Shown: one piece after another, positions 1 to 11,399 of the stretch
Layout: each line of letters begins with the position of its first letter
How positions within the stretch are numbered: position 1 is the stretch's first letter
From: Fonticula alba ATCC 38817
Taxonomy: Eukaryota > Protista > Nucleariida
Strand: one strand, 5' to 3'
NCBI GenBank assembly: GCA_000388065.2
Contig: KB932208.1
Length of the DNA: 64,000 nucleotides
Program-made: the position numbers and the translations under genes
Notes under the pieces: generated by a model
What the model saw: the letters and a program-made list of their open reading frames with translations, nothing else
Told to the model about the DNA's origin: nothing
Database searches by the model: none

Positions 1-14
1 TCTCCGGAGGCAGC

Positions 15-2899
15 ATGGCCGATGCGCTGACCCCCGCCACCAGCCAGGACACCGAGATTGCGGACGCTTTCTGCGGTGATGCCTTCGGGGGCTTTGCTTC
101 GGGTCCTCCTTCCCCCGTTGGGGCCTCCCCGGCCGACAGTGTGGCCTCCATCCGGGAGCCTGGCCATGGCGAGCTCACATCATCCCTGGATGGGGCTCCC
201 CAGGTGACTGGGGCCATCCAAGTTGGTGCCGGCCTCGATGCCCTTGACTCCGGCGAGGCGGCTCCGGCGCCCGGTGTCGCTGGCGCCCCGGAGGCGACTG
301 GTGCTGCCGATCGCTCGGGAGATGTGATGGCCGGTGACAAGGTGGACTTTGGGGACTTCGATTTGGAGTCTGCCTCTTTGAACCCCATGTCTGTGGATAT
401 CCAAGTGGCTGATGCCGATGCCGATGCCGATGCTGCTGCTGCCGATGCTGCTGCTGCCGATGCTGCTGCTGCCGATGAGGGTGATGATGCTCCCGCCAGC
501 GACATCGACATCACCGGCGCCGGGGTCGATGGGGCTCATGCCATAGTCGGCTCTGGGGCTGGCGACACCGCCGAAGTCTTGGCTCTTCAAGCCGAAGACA
601 CCATCGATCCGGGGGATATCGCCATCCCGGTGGATCCGATGTGTGTTGGTGTGTCTGATGTCACCCCCGTCAAGGTCCCTGAGGCCGTCTCCCCCCCTGT
701 CCCTATGCATGCTGCTGCCGACGTTGTCGACTCGACTGGTGATGGGTGCGACGGTGGGAGCGGCCTTTCATTGGATGCCGGCGATGCCCCCGTCACGGAT
801 GTCTTCACCGACCTCACTACCCCCGCCCAGGTTGCCGAGCTGGACGATGACAAGGATGACTTTGGGGACTTCGGATCTGAAGGGGGCGAGTCTTACTCAC
901 CCGGCGAGGAGGAGGCCCCTCACTCATCCCCTGATGTTGACGACGACGATGAGGACGACGACAACGACGACGACGACGACGGCACCCCCGATGCCGAGGT
1001 GACAGACATCTCCGGTGAGAACACCTTTGGTGATTTTGGCGCCGACTGCATGCCTGTGGCAATCTCGCCAGACACCAACATCACCGATGCCCTTGAGAAG
1101 GATGACTTCGGGAGCCCCCACACCGATCCCATTTCCGTGGCTGGCACGGTGTCGGATGTTGAGATCGCCGACAATGATGTCCCGAAGGGGGATGACTTCT
1201 TTGGCGGTTTTGGTGACCAGCCGCCAGCCAGTGTGGCCGCCTCTCCGGATGCCGATATAACCGACGCCTTCGGCAACGATGACGCCTTCGGCAACGATGA
1301 TGCTTTCGGAAGCTTTGGCTCCAATGATGCATCGAGCGTCGCCGCCGCCGCCGTCACCACCGTCGCCTCGGGCGATTCCTTTTTTGCCACGTCTGCCTCT
1401 GCACCATCGTCAGCTGCTCCTGCCGCGGACTTTGGCGACTTTGGTGACTTCGGGGATTTTGCCCCCTCGGTGGGCTCTTCGTCGACGTCCTCCTCCTCCA
1501 CTGTCATCCCCACGGCCCCGTCCTTCGCCTCGGCTGCCGACAGCAACTTCGGCGACTTCTTCGACACCGCGGCCCCGGGAAGTGCCATGCCCTCTCACGA
1601 TGGCTCTTTTGATGATCACTTCTCCGACTTCGGTGACACCTCCGGCGCCTTTGGCAGCTTCGACGATGCCGGTGCTGGCGACGCCTTTGGTGATTGGGGC
1701 TCCATGTCAGTTGCCCCGGCTGGCACTCCCTCGGCTGGCACTGCTGCTGCTGCCGCCCCGGCAGCCGTTCACCTGCCCCCCTCATCGGTATGTTGCTGCT
1801 TGCATTTGTGTGTGGCTCATTCTCCATGCGCCATTTGTGCCCGTTTCCCCGTGTGCCCCACCTGGCATGTTGCTGATCCATCCTCTTGTGTGTCCCTTGG
1901 GATGTAGCCGCCCGCCCCGGCGATTTCCCTCCAGCAGCTGGCCGACGTGGACTTCGTGACTTCCTATCTTTCGTCTCCCTCCCCCTCGAGGCCAAGCTCG
2001 CCTGGGGGCGATCGCTCTCCTCGTGGCGCCGCCGGCGGGTCCCCCCGGCTGGCCAAGGCGGCTCAGCCGCATCTTCCTCCCTTCAGACCCTTCTCGCGGC
2101 TTGCTCGGCCCGAGCACGAGCGACTGTCGAATGCCCTGGCGCACTTCTCCGATGTCCTTCACAAAAGCCACAGCCAGAAGGCTGCCCTTCTGCCTGCCTG
2201 CCCTTTCTCGCTCACACACGGCACCGCGCTCTTCCCGGTGGGTAACTCCGGCTCGGCTCGGCGTCGTTGCATCCATTACCTGCCCGGGGTTCCGGCGCGA
2301 GACAACAGTTCCCTTACTGGCTACCTGCTGGCCAGCAGTCTGGCACACCGGATCCTGGTTCGTTTGAATTCCGCCGGCGCCTTCTCTCTCTCTCTCTCTC
2401 TCCCCACCATTTCGGCCCTACTTCCTCTTTTCTGCCTGCCACGCAATCCCTGTGCTCGTGCCTAACATACCCGCCCGTCTCCTGGACTTGGATGTGTTCT
2501 CCTCTTCAGATTTCGGCGAATGTCTACCACACCCAATCGCCGCTTCTTGCCCCAGCAGCCGTCCCGGCAGCCGGTGCCTCGGCGGCCGCCGCCCATCCGA
2601 AAGTCGCGAAGACCACCACCCCTCCCCCTGCCACCAAGGCATCCTCCTCGCCGCCGGCGTCCTCCCCTGGCGCTGGATCTCCCGCAACACCCACGGCAGC
2701 GCCGCCTGCCACCCCCCCGGGGTCGAGCCCCACCGCGCGTGGTATTCAGTCCACCTCCACTGCCCAGGTGGTGGATGCATTCTCCCCACAGTGTCTATCT
2801 TTGTTGAGCTCCATTCCCACTCTCTCCGGGCAGTATCTCTATCCGGCCGAGCTCCTGTCGGGGCAGACCGGGCCGATTGCGCTGGATTTCGACTTCTAA
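15..2899 (+). CDS. Acidic low-complexity protein with many FGxF/DFGDF motifs; putative AP-1/GGA ear-binding accessory protein (aftiphilin/synergin/Laa2-like). Model join(15..1787,1908..2357,2510..2899); the 5' end may lie upstream of the window
   Basis: ORF 15..1907 has about ten FGxF motifs (VDFGDFD, DDFGDFG, DFGDFGDFGDF, AFGSFD). Phase-0 introns GTATGT(1788)..TAG(1907) and GTTCGT(2358)..CAG(2509, CCTAAC branch at 2461) join three frames ending PIALDFDF*. The frame is open back to the window edge. Confidence 0.6.
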
Positions 2900-3745
2900 G
2901 CCGGTGAGAGCCGCACGAGACATGCGCGTGCCAAATGCTGATGGAGCCGAGACTGCGCGGATCAAATACAATCGGTTCAAAAAGTATCCATGCTTGGCGT
3001 GGGGCGTGTGTGCCTGGATATCTGTGCGAGGTGTGCTCCATGTGTCCTGCGCCCCTGCCTCCCGCGCCTTTGCCGCCCCTCTGCCCGTGAAAGTGAGTCT
3101 CAATAGACACCGGGGGAACCTTCTTGGCCTTTTGTTTTCTTTTCCTCCCCTCTCTCTCCGTTCGCCGTCGGTGCCTCTTTCTCGGTCCCGGAGGCACGCC
3201 GGCCTGCTGGGCCGACAGAAAACCGGCACCGGCAATATCAAGCATGACCAGACCATGTGACCGGCCAGATCGAAGACGATTCTGAGATTTCTTTTGCATT
3301 GTTCTGGAGGGGCAGCGCGGGCGGCTTTCCCCGGTCGCCCAAAAATCATGGCTCTTCCCAAGGCCCTTCGTCGGCGCGGGGGAGGGGGGGTGGGGGGGGG
3401 AGGCGGCGGCCAATGCCCCGCCCTCTGTACAGGGTTTGTGCAGGGACGCGGTATCATGAACACAACAAGCAAGAGCCCCTGTTCCGGCTGGTGGGCCTGC
3501 GTTTGCGGCTGCTATTTGTTTGCTTCCTCGCGCCCTCCCTGCCTGTTTGTCTGTTGGTCGGTCCGGCTGCATGACGCACGTACATGGACATCCTCCTCTG
3601 GGTGGTGTATTTTTCGGAGCGACCCCTCTTCCCCACCAAAAGTGCCCTTAGCCACCTGTAGCTGTCCCCCCCTCCCCCCCCCCCCCCCCCTCCCCCCTTC
3701 TCTTCCTACTCTGCCACGCCCTCCTCTTTCTCCACCGCCTTCCCG

Positions 3746-5921
3746 ATGTTTGGATCGCTGAAGGACACGGCCGTGGCTGCATGGCTGTCGGTTCAACATC
3801 CCTCCCTGCTGAATGCAACGAGCGAGGATTCCCGACCAACCCCAGGACCCGTGCTCGATGAGATTGCCCGTACGTCTCTGCCTGGCTTCGTCTCTTTGTT
3901 TCCGCACGTGCATCCTCCTCCCCCCCTTCTCCCTCCTCTCCCCTCCCACTGATCCCCTCCGTCTCTGGTCCCAGAGCTCACCTGGTCTTCGGCCGAGGAG
4001 GCCAGCGACGTCATTCGCTTCCTGTACCACCGGCTGAATTACTCGGACTCGCCGTTTGTCCTGCTGAAGTCCCTTCGCTGTCTCCGGCATGTGGTTCTTC
4101 GTGGCTCGGAGCGGGCTCACTTCTTGGCCCGCCTGCCGGATGGCCACATCACCCTGGCCCTGAAGCGTGTGGCGCACTTCCATAACCCGATCAATGTGGC
4201 AAACCTGCCGAAGGCCCAGCTGGATGTCTTGGTCAAGGCCGTCCGCGACACGGCCATCGAGGTGACCAAGCTGGTCTTCGAGGACCCGGCATCCATCAAG
4301 CGCACGCCGCCCGGAGGAGCGGCCGGCGGTTATGGCAGCCACACCTTCAACGCGGGCGGCAGCGGTGGTGCCAATGCCGTGCGGTGGGCCTCCGGATCGG
4401 GAATTGCCCCGGCCCTCGGAAGTGATGCCGTCGTGGCAGTCGGGCACCTGGACGCATTGCCCCCGTCGACGGCCCTGTCCAGTGCCAACTTTGCCCGGCC
4501 CATGCAGTCTCTGCCAAGCCTGGAGCTTTCGCCCGAGGCCAGTTTGGAGTATCGCCTGGTGCAGGATGTCTGTACATCCGGCTCGGGGGGTGTCCTGTCG
4601 GCCAGCGGTGTGCCGGCTGCCGTGCTTCAAGACTTTGCCCGGCGCCTCGGTGGCTTGCGCCTGTCCTGGGTCATGGACCGGATTGGGCATTACCTTCGTA
4701 CCGGCTCGGCCTCTGAGCTCTTGGTGCGCGCGGCAATCCCCCCCCCCCCCGGGGGGCAAAGGCCCCCGCCCTCTTCGGCCTATCTTCCCCTCTCTGTTGC
4801 TTCATCTGCCCCCATACTCACAAGCCTGCCTCCCTTCCATTCACAGCGTGCCCTGGCCCTGCTGGATGTTGTGGCGCAGCACAACTCCGAGGAGGTGGCG
4901 CCCCTGTGCCTGCCCCTGGCGCGGCCGGTGGCCCAATTGTCGAATGGCATCGACCCCTTCGGCGCTGATCGCAAGATCACCCCGGCTGTGCGCACCCGCG
5001 CGGAGAAGGTAAGACAACGTGCCCCTCCCATTGGCCCTTTGCTCCCTTTGGCCTCCCCCCCCCCCCCCCCAACTCACCCTCTTTTGTCCGATCGGGCTTC
5101 AGTCCCTCCGTGTCCTCTCGACCGTGAATCCCAGCAGTGGATCGAGTGTGCCGGCGACGACGACGGCCCCGGTGGCTGGCTCGCCGGCGGTCCCGGTCCC
5201 TGCAAGCCCATCTGCGAGTGCTCCCTCCCCGTCCCTTCTGGACTTGGAGGGCCTCTTCCCGACCGGGGCCCATTCTCCCGGTGTTGGCTCCGACGAGGGG
5301 CCAAGTGCCGATGGCGCGACGCGGTCGAACTCCGAGCCCTCGGAGGAGTCCTCGGCCTTCTCATTCATCGGCGGTGCCAGTGCCAGTACCAGTGCCGGTG
5401 GCCTGAACCTCGATGATGAGGATGACGAGGATGACATGTTCGCTGGCATGAGTATCCGCGATGCAAGCGACTCAAGGCAATCGACGTCCGGCATTGTGGC
5501 TGCCCGCTCGGCCTCCGCGCCGGCCACGACCGAGCCTTCGGCCTTCGATTTCCTCTCCTCCGGGACGGCCCCCGCGTCGGGCCCCGCCGCCGGCGCCTCT
5601 CTCTTCGAGGACATTGGCAGCCTTGGTACCGGTGCCGTGGCCGCCCCGGTCGATCCGCTGAAGGCCATCATGTCTTTGTACTCCTCCTCGCCCGGGGTCC
5701 CGGTGCCGACTGCCACCCCCGCCATGTCATCCTCCACCCAGTCGGCTTCTGGCACGGCTTCGGCTGATCTGCTTCTGGACTTTGACCAGTTTGCACCGGC
5801 GAGCACTGGCATGAGTGCCAGCGTGCGGAAGCCGCAGCCGGCGCCCGCCGCGCGCCGGGATGCCTTCGATTTTGTCCAAGACGAAATGCGCTCCCGCGGG
5901 ACCCCCTCCTCTCCTTTTTGA
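3746..5921 (+). CDS. TEPSIN: Tepsin (AP-4 accessory protein; ENTH-like plus VHS/ENTH-like domains). Model join(3746..3869,3975..4723,4847..5008,5103..5921)
   Basis: N-terminus PSLLNATSEDSRPTPGPVLDEIA...LLKSLRCLRHV resembles tepsin PILLKGTSDDDVPCPGYLFEEIA...KLKVLKILLYL. The second helical domain (YRLVQDVC...LLRALALLDVV...AEKSLRVL) resembles the tepsin VHS-like domain. The tail has SAFSFI, MFAGMSI and SAFDFL. All three introns are GT-AG and phase-consistent. Confidence 0.8.
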
Positions 5922-6203
5922 CTGACCCGACCTTTCTCGTGCCCTCCCGGGCTTTTTCCATCGCCCCGCCCCCCTCTCTCTTTTTATCCCTCTGCCTCAT
6001 CCCCGATGTACATTCCGTCCTTGTCGCCATTCCGCCATGCAACATGCCGCCACGCCTGCCAGTGCCTTGATGTGTTTGGGTAGGGGGTTTCCTTTTCTAT
6101 TTTCTTGCTTTCCAGGGTTTTTTTTCTCTCTCCTTCTCTCGCGTCAGCTCCGGCTGGGCTTGCCTCCTTGTCGGGAAAGACAGCGCACCAGGCGAGGCGC
6201 AGA

Positions 6204-6693
6204 TCAAAGTAGACCCGTTGTCAGGATGCCCGTGCTGAAGAGCCAAAGGGAAGCGGAGGAGGCGGCTCCCCATGCGGCGGCAACACGGGTGTCCATCGGG
6301 AGCATGCCGCCAGCGCCGTAAACGGCACCGACCGCCGCGCCGACCGTTCCCCCAACGATGGTCGCCGCAATCGGAGTGGCCAGGACAGCCAGGACGATTG
6401 GCGCGGTGGCCAGGACATTGAGAAGCGACGGGGCAAGAGGACTGACTGGCGGGCTGGGGGGAAGCATCAAATAGGTGTTTCCCTTTTGGTGGTATCGCGT
6501 GCGAAGGCATCCCTGGCTATTAGGGGTGATGGTCGACGATACGGCGTTCAGCGGGAAAACGTGAGGAGCTGAGGATCGTTGGCCGCGGAAGGCCCAACGA
6601 AGGGAGACGCTCGCATAAATGGCCACAAGCAGCGAGGAGCCCACTGAAATGACGAGCGTCCACAGGAGGGTAAAAACGCAGATGTCTGGGAGG

Positions 6694-6759
<66 letters not shown>

Positions 6760-6927
6760 CGGGGCAAGAGGTGAGTGGGAGGTGGCCACGGACGAGAGGA
6801 TGGCCGCGGGCCCAGATGGGCCGAAGGTGTGCGCGAACGGACCTGACACCAGGTAGAGCTCTGCTCCGCCCTCCAAAATCGACGGCCATGCAGGGGTTTG
6901 GTAGTCGGGCGGGAGAACAGAGGACAT
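6204..6927 (-). CDS. TMEM170-family small membrane protein, fungal type (YPR153W/May24-like). Model complement(join(6204..6685,6843..6927))
   Basis: MSSVLPPDYQTPAWPSI...LYLVSDICVFTLLWTL...ATIVGGTVGAAVGAVYGAGG...WG matches the fungal pattern (PxDYxTPxFPSL, YLxDIWRFTLYWTL, GxLLGAVY). Phase-1 intron 6842..6686 contains a long C run. Confidence 0.7.
6695..6759 (+). repeat. Poly-G homopolymer (65 nt) in the TMEM170-like intron
   Basis: Directly visible run of G. Confidence 0.9.
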
Positions 6928-7620
6928 GGTCTGCCGCGCCGGGGAGGCGAAAAGGGATGGGCGAGGGGGAGGGAAGGCGTATGGATGTGTGTGTGTGTTT
7001 TTGTTTGTTTTTTTTTTTTCGCAGGAGGGGGGGAGAAGGCAAGCGGCTTTCACCACCCCTCGGACCCAGGAGCAGTATGGATCTCGAAAAGGCCGGGGAG
7101 GGGGAGATTTTGTGGCTCGCAGGACATCGACCCGGAGAGTCGCCGGGTCAACCGGCGATCCGAGTCCCCATCATCTGGTCGTGGGAAGAGACACAGAAGC
7201 CATCCGTTGGCACTAGCTCACCCTCGACTCCGACAACATGGGTCGCCTCCTTCCCTTTATTTTTAATATGCGGCCGTGTGTCCTCTGGGAAGGGACCGGG
7301 TGGCGGGGGTGGAGGGACAAGGGACGTGGTGATGGACCCTGGAGCAAGCCGAGGGGGAGGGAAACTGTATTGTTGGTGTTGCCGTTGCAGAGTCCGAGAG
7401 ATCACTCAGGAAGACACGCCGAGTGTCGCCATGGAGGGGACAGAGGGTTCGGGAGAAACAAGAGGAGGGGTGGGGGGGGGGGGGAATCAAAGGGGAACCA
7501 CGAGGAAAAAAAAAGCCCCGGCATTGGTTTACCTCGGCCTCCCCGTGAAATGGGGTGCCGGAAAAAGGCGAGTCGCTGCGCGGGAGAGCCGAGCATCCCA
7601 AGGTGGGTGCACGGTGAGTG

Positions 7621-10600
7621 TCAGTATTGCTGCTGCTGCTGCTGCTGTTGAGGCGATTGCGGGTTAGGGGCAGAGGCTGGCCGGTAGAGGTTGCCTGAGG
7701 ATGACCGATGGTAGCCGGCGGCCTGGGGGAAGTCCCCGCCGGCTGGGCCGTGAGGCGAAAGCCGGCCCGGCGAGGAGGAGTACATAGCGTCACTCTGAGA
7801 CACATGGTGATGCATGTGGGCGTGGTGCTGCGGCGGACCCGAGGCCGGGCGCTGTGGGTGACCTCCATAGACCGTCGGCCCGGGGCCCGGGGCCCCACCC
7901 ATGGAGTAGGATGGGCCTGTCGCCGGCTGCGGCTGTGGCTGCGGCTGCGGCTGGCCGTGGGGCTGGTGATGGTGGTGGGCATGGGCGTGGCCGTGCTGGT
8001 GAGCGTGGTGCGCCGGGGCACCGGCGGGCATTCCCCCGGCGCCACTGGACATGGAGGGCGCCCGGCCGACCGGGGACCCGGCTGCCGAAGAGGCCGCGAA
8101 GGGATCGGGGCCCGGGGCGGCAGCACGGCGGCCGGTTTGCGGATCCACCCCGGCCATGGATGGCGGGGGCGCGGGACCGGTGCCGCCGGCGGAGGGGAAC
8201 AGGAACTCCCCGACATTCGGGGCCAGTCGCGGATCGCCACTGGGATAGGCGTTGTCCAGGAGGGCACTCTCGCCGAGGAAGGACTCGGAAAGGGCGCTCT
8301 CGCCGAAGAGCGAATCGCCATTGGAAATGCTGTCCCCGGCGCCGGTGTTGAGGAAGCAATCGGCCAACATGGACTCGGACATGGAGCCATCCGGCATGAA
8401 GGCCCCGACACCCGGGCCGGCGGGCATCCCCCCGGCCGAGGCCATCATGCTGCTTGTGGAGGCCATCCGGCCGTTGGGCAGCCGGAGGCCGGCCCCGGCA
8501 TGCATCATGGATGGCCGGCGAATCATCCGGGCCATGGCGCCCATGTAGGAGCTATAGGTGGCGTCCGGGTCGATGATGGACTCCTCGCCGGGGTTCAGGT
8601 AGGACGCCTCGAGGAGCGAATCGCCGTCGAGCTCCGAGCGGATGGTGCCCATGCGGTCGCGGCGCTTGTCGCGCATGCGCTTGTTGGTAAACCAGTGGTT
8701 GATCTGGCGCATGGTGAGATTGCACTGCCGGGAGAGGCGCTTCTTCTCGCGCTCCTCCGGGTAGGGAGTCCGATTGTAGGTCTCCCGCAGGGCGCTGACG
8801 GTTTCCGGCGGGAAGCGCTTGGCCGTGGTGGAGCCCGACCGGCCGGCGGGCTCGGAGCCCTCGCGCTGCGGGCTGTCGGGCGACAAGGGCGCTTCCGAGG
8901 CGCTGGGCTCGCGCTTGATGGCCGCGGTCGAGGGGTCGGCCGCTCCGCTGGCGTGGCCGCCGCCACTGCCGGTGGACTCCGGCGTGGGGGGCAGGTCGCC
9001 GGCAGGACGTGCGCCGGCCCCCGCTCCCGGGGCATCATCGCTGTCGCTGACCTTCGGGCTGGGGGAGTCCTCGCCGCTGGGTTGCTGATCGACGCCCAGA
9101 GCTCCGCGCTGGGTTCGAGCCAGGTGCGCGATGTAGCGGACCCCCTGGCGCTGGAGCTTGGCCTTGATGACGTGGTAGCGGGTGTACCACTTCTTCCGGG
9201 TGTCATTTTGAACCGCCGGATCGGACTGCAAGAGGAGCCACAGGGTAGAGGGAGGGGGGGGGGATGCGCGAGGATGGACGGAGGCTGTCAGAAAGGACGG
9301 ATCGAGAGCGAGCGAAGGACCCGGGCGCGCGTCGAGAAAAAAAGAAGAGGAACCACCCCCCCACCCCACCCCCGCCCCCCAATCGGCGGAGCCAACAGGC
9401 ACCACGGGTGCTCACATACCTGGTGCATGAGCTCCATGGCGCAGTTGAGGGCAATCTTGCGGCGGAAGCTCTTCGAGTCACGGAGGTAGTTCTGTCGCAG
9501 GCGGAGGAGGTGCCCGAGGACGCGGCCGCGGCGGGCGCGCATGCGCGGCGTCAGGGTCTCCTCGCGATCCAGACCGCCAAGCAGGTCGTTGGCCTTGCCC
9601 CGGCGATTGGCGGTGATCCCCAGCCACAGGGCGTGGGCCTGCTGCATGTCTGGCGGGGGGCAATCGATGGCCGGATCGAGCCAGGACTCCAGCTGGAAAA
9701 CCAGGGCATTGGTGTGGCTGGCCGGGTCGAGGGCCGGGGGGTCGGCATCGGCCGAGCTGGGCAGGGTCCCCGGCGGGCGTGGCCCCGGGATGGTACCCAT
9801 GACACTGGGCGCCATGTTGCCGGGGGGGCGCCAGGCCGCGGCCGCGGCCGCCACGCCGGACGTCATGCCCTGATTCCCGGGCCCCGGGTAGTACGATCCC
9901 ACCGGCTTCAATGTGCCATCGGAGGGGGCAAACCCGGCGACCGGGCTCACCTGGGCGATGCCGAGCTCGGCGCCCTCCAAGCCGGTGGCGGGATGCGGCC
10001 CGCGGGCTTGATAGACATTGGCCATGGCAAAGTGCGAGGAGAAGTCGCCCTTCATGTGGCCCTGGGTGCTGGCCCCGAAGCTTTGCATGCCGACCGAGAT
10101 GTCCATGTCGCCGGTGGCCGACATGGCCATGCGGTCCTTGTCATCGGCGAAGGGCCGGGCCCCCGGCGGACCGGCATACTGGCTGCCGGCATGGGGAACA
10201 TGCGCCTGGGTCGCGTGGCCGGCCATCGAGGCAGGGGCCTTGCCCGGGTAGTGAACCGGCGCGTAGGCAAGGTTGGCGCGATCGTGCGGGTGCGGCAGGG
10301 CCGGGATCGCCGCATGGTGGCCAGGCCCGACAGCGGGGGGGTCATTCTTGGGCGAGGGGGCGCTCGACGTCTCGGACGAGGGGCCGGAGGTGGAATAGTA
10401 GCCGGGCGTCAGGTCCATCGGGTTGACGCGATTCTGGACGGATATCGTACAAGGGATGACCGGCTGGGTGAGCATCAAAGACGGGCGAGGGAACCCTTGG
10501 GCAGAAGAGGGGTCAGCATGCGTGGGTGGCACTCACCTGCGGGGCGGAAGTGCCGGGATTATGGAGAGGCGCATGCGGGCCTCCGGGAGCCGAGGCATTG

Positions 10601-11085
10601 ACAGCCGCGGCGGCCGGCAGGGGGAGGTGCTCCAAGCCGAGGGTGGTGTGGCGAGGCGAGGACACCACGCCGAGGGCCAGGCGATCGGTATCCAAGGCCG
10701 TCACGCCATCCAGCATGCCGGCCAGCTTGTCCCACTCGTCATTGGCATCGGTCGGGTCGCCGGGCTGGCTCGCCGGGGCCGGGGACTGGAACATGCGGGA
10801 CCCTTCGTGGGGATCGTCATTGGGCAGCCGGGCATACGGCTCGGCAGCCGGTGACATGAGCGAGTGTCCATCGCGCGAGGACAAAGCCGGGGAATAAGTG
10901 GACGAATGGGAGTCCATGTCGGCATTGATGGGGGAATAGGCGTTGTGCGGGTGGTGGTGGTGGTGGTGGTGCAGGTGATGAGATTGGTGGTCCGCCGGGG
11001 GGAGGTAGCCCCACCCGTAGGATGACTGGCCGGGGGCCGACATCGGGAGCTGGCTGGTGCCTCCGTAGTGGAGATTTCCGTACAT
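7621..11085 (-). CDS. Homeodomain transcription factor with a PBC-B-like helical region. Model complement(join(7621..9225,9420..10433,10537..11085)); the exon 2 acceptor could alternatively be 10463
   Basis: Homeodomain KRFPPETVSALRETYNRTPYPEEREKKRLSRQCNLTMRQINHWFTNKRMRDKR at about 8655-8830, with the WFxNxR helix 3. Phase-0 donors GTGAGT (10536) and GTATGT (9419), acceptor CAG at 9226. His/Gln-rich low-complexity termini. Confidence 0.8.
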
Positions 11086-11367
11086 TGAGTAGCGGGGAGG
11101 GCGGGGGGGGGGAGGGGGGAGGCGGATCGGGGCGGAGGGCGGGCCAGGAGGAAGATCGCAGCGGGGCCGTTCGGGCAATGGGCAGGTGAGAGGGGGAGAG
11201 AGGCGACGAGAGGGGGGAGGGGAGGAGGCAAGGGCACGGTATGGGGAAGATGTCGATGGAGGACGATCAACGTGAAGATGCTATGCATACCCTTGAGAAG
11301 GAGGGGGAGGGGAGGCGGCCCGGGGTCGTTTTCAAGTTCGAGGGAGCACAGGAGGATCGGTCTGTGT

Positions 11368-11399
<32 letters not shown>

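Noticed and set aside
410-480. Tandem GCCGATGCTGCTGCT-type repeats; also TTCGGCAACGATGA x2 at about 1270-1305
   Set aside because: They are in-frame coding low-complexity sequence (DAAAA, DAFGND) with no spacers, so not a CRISPR array.
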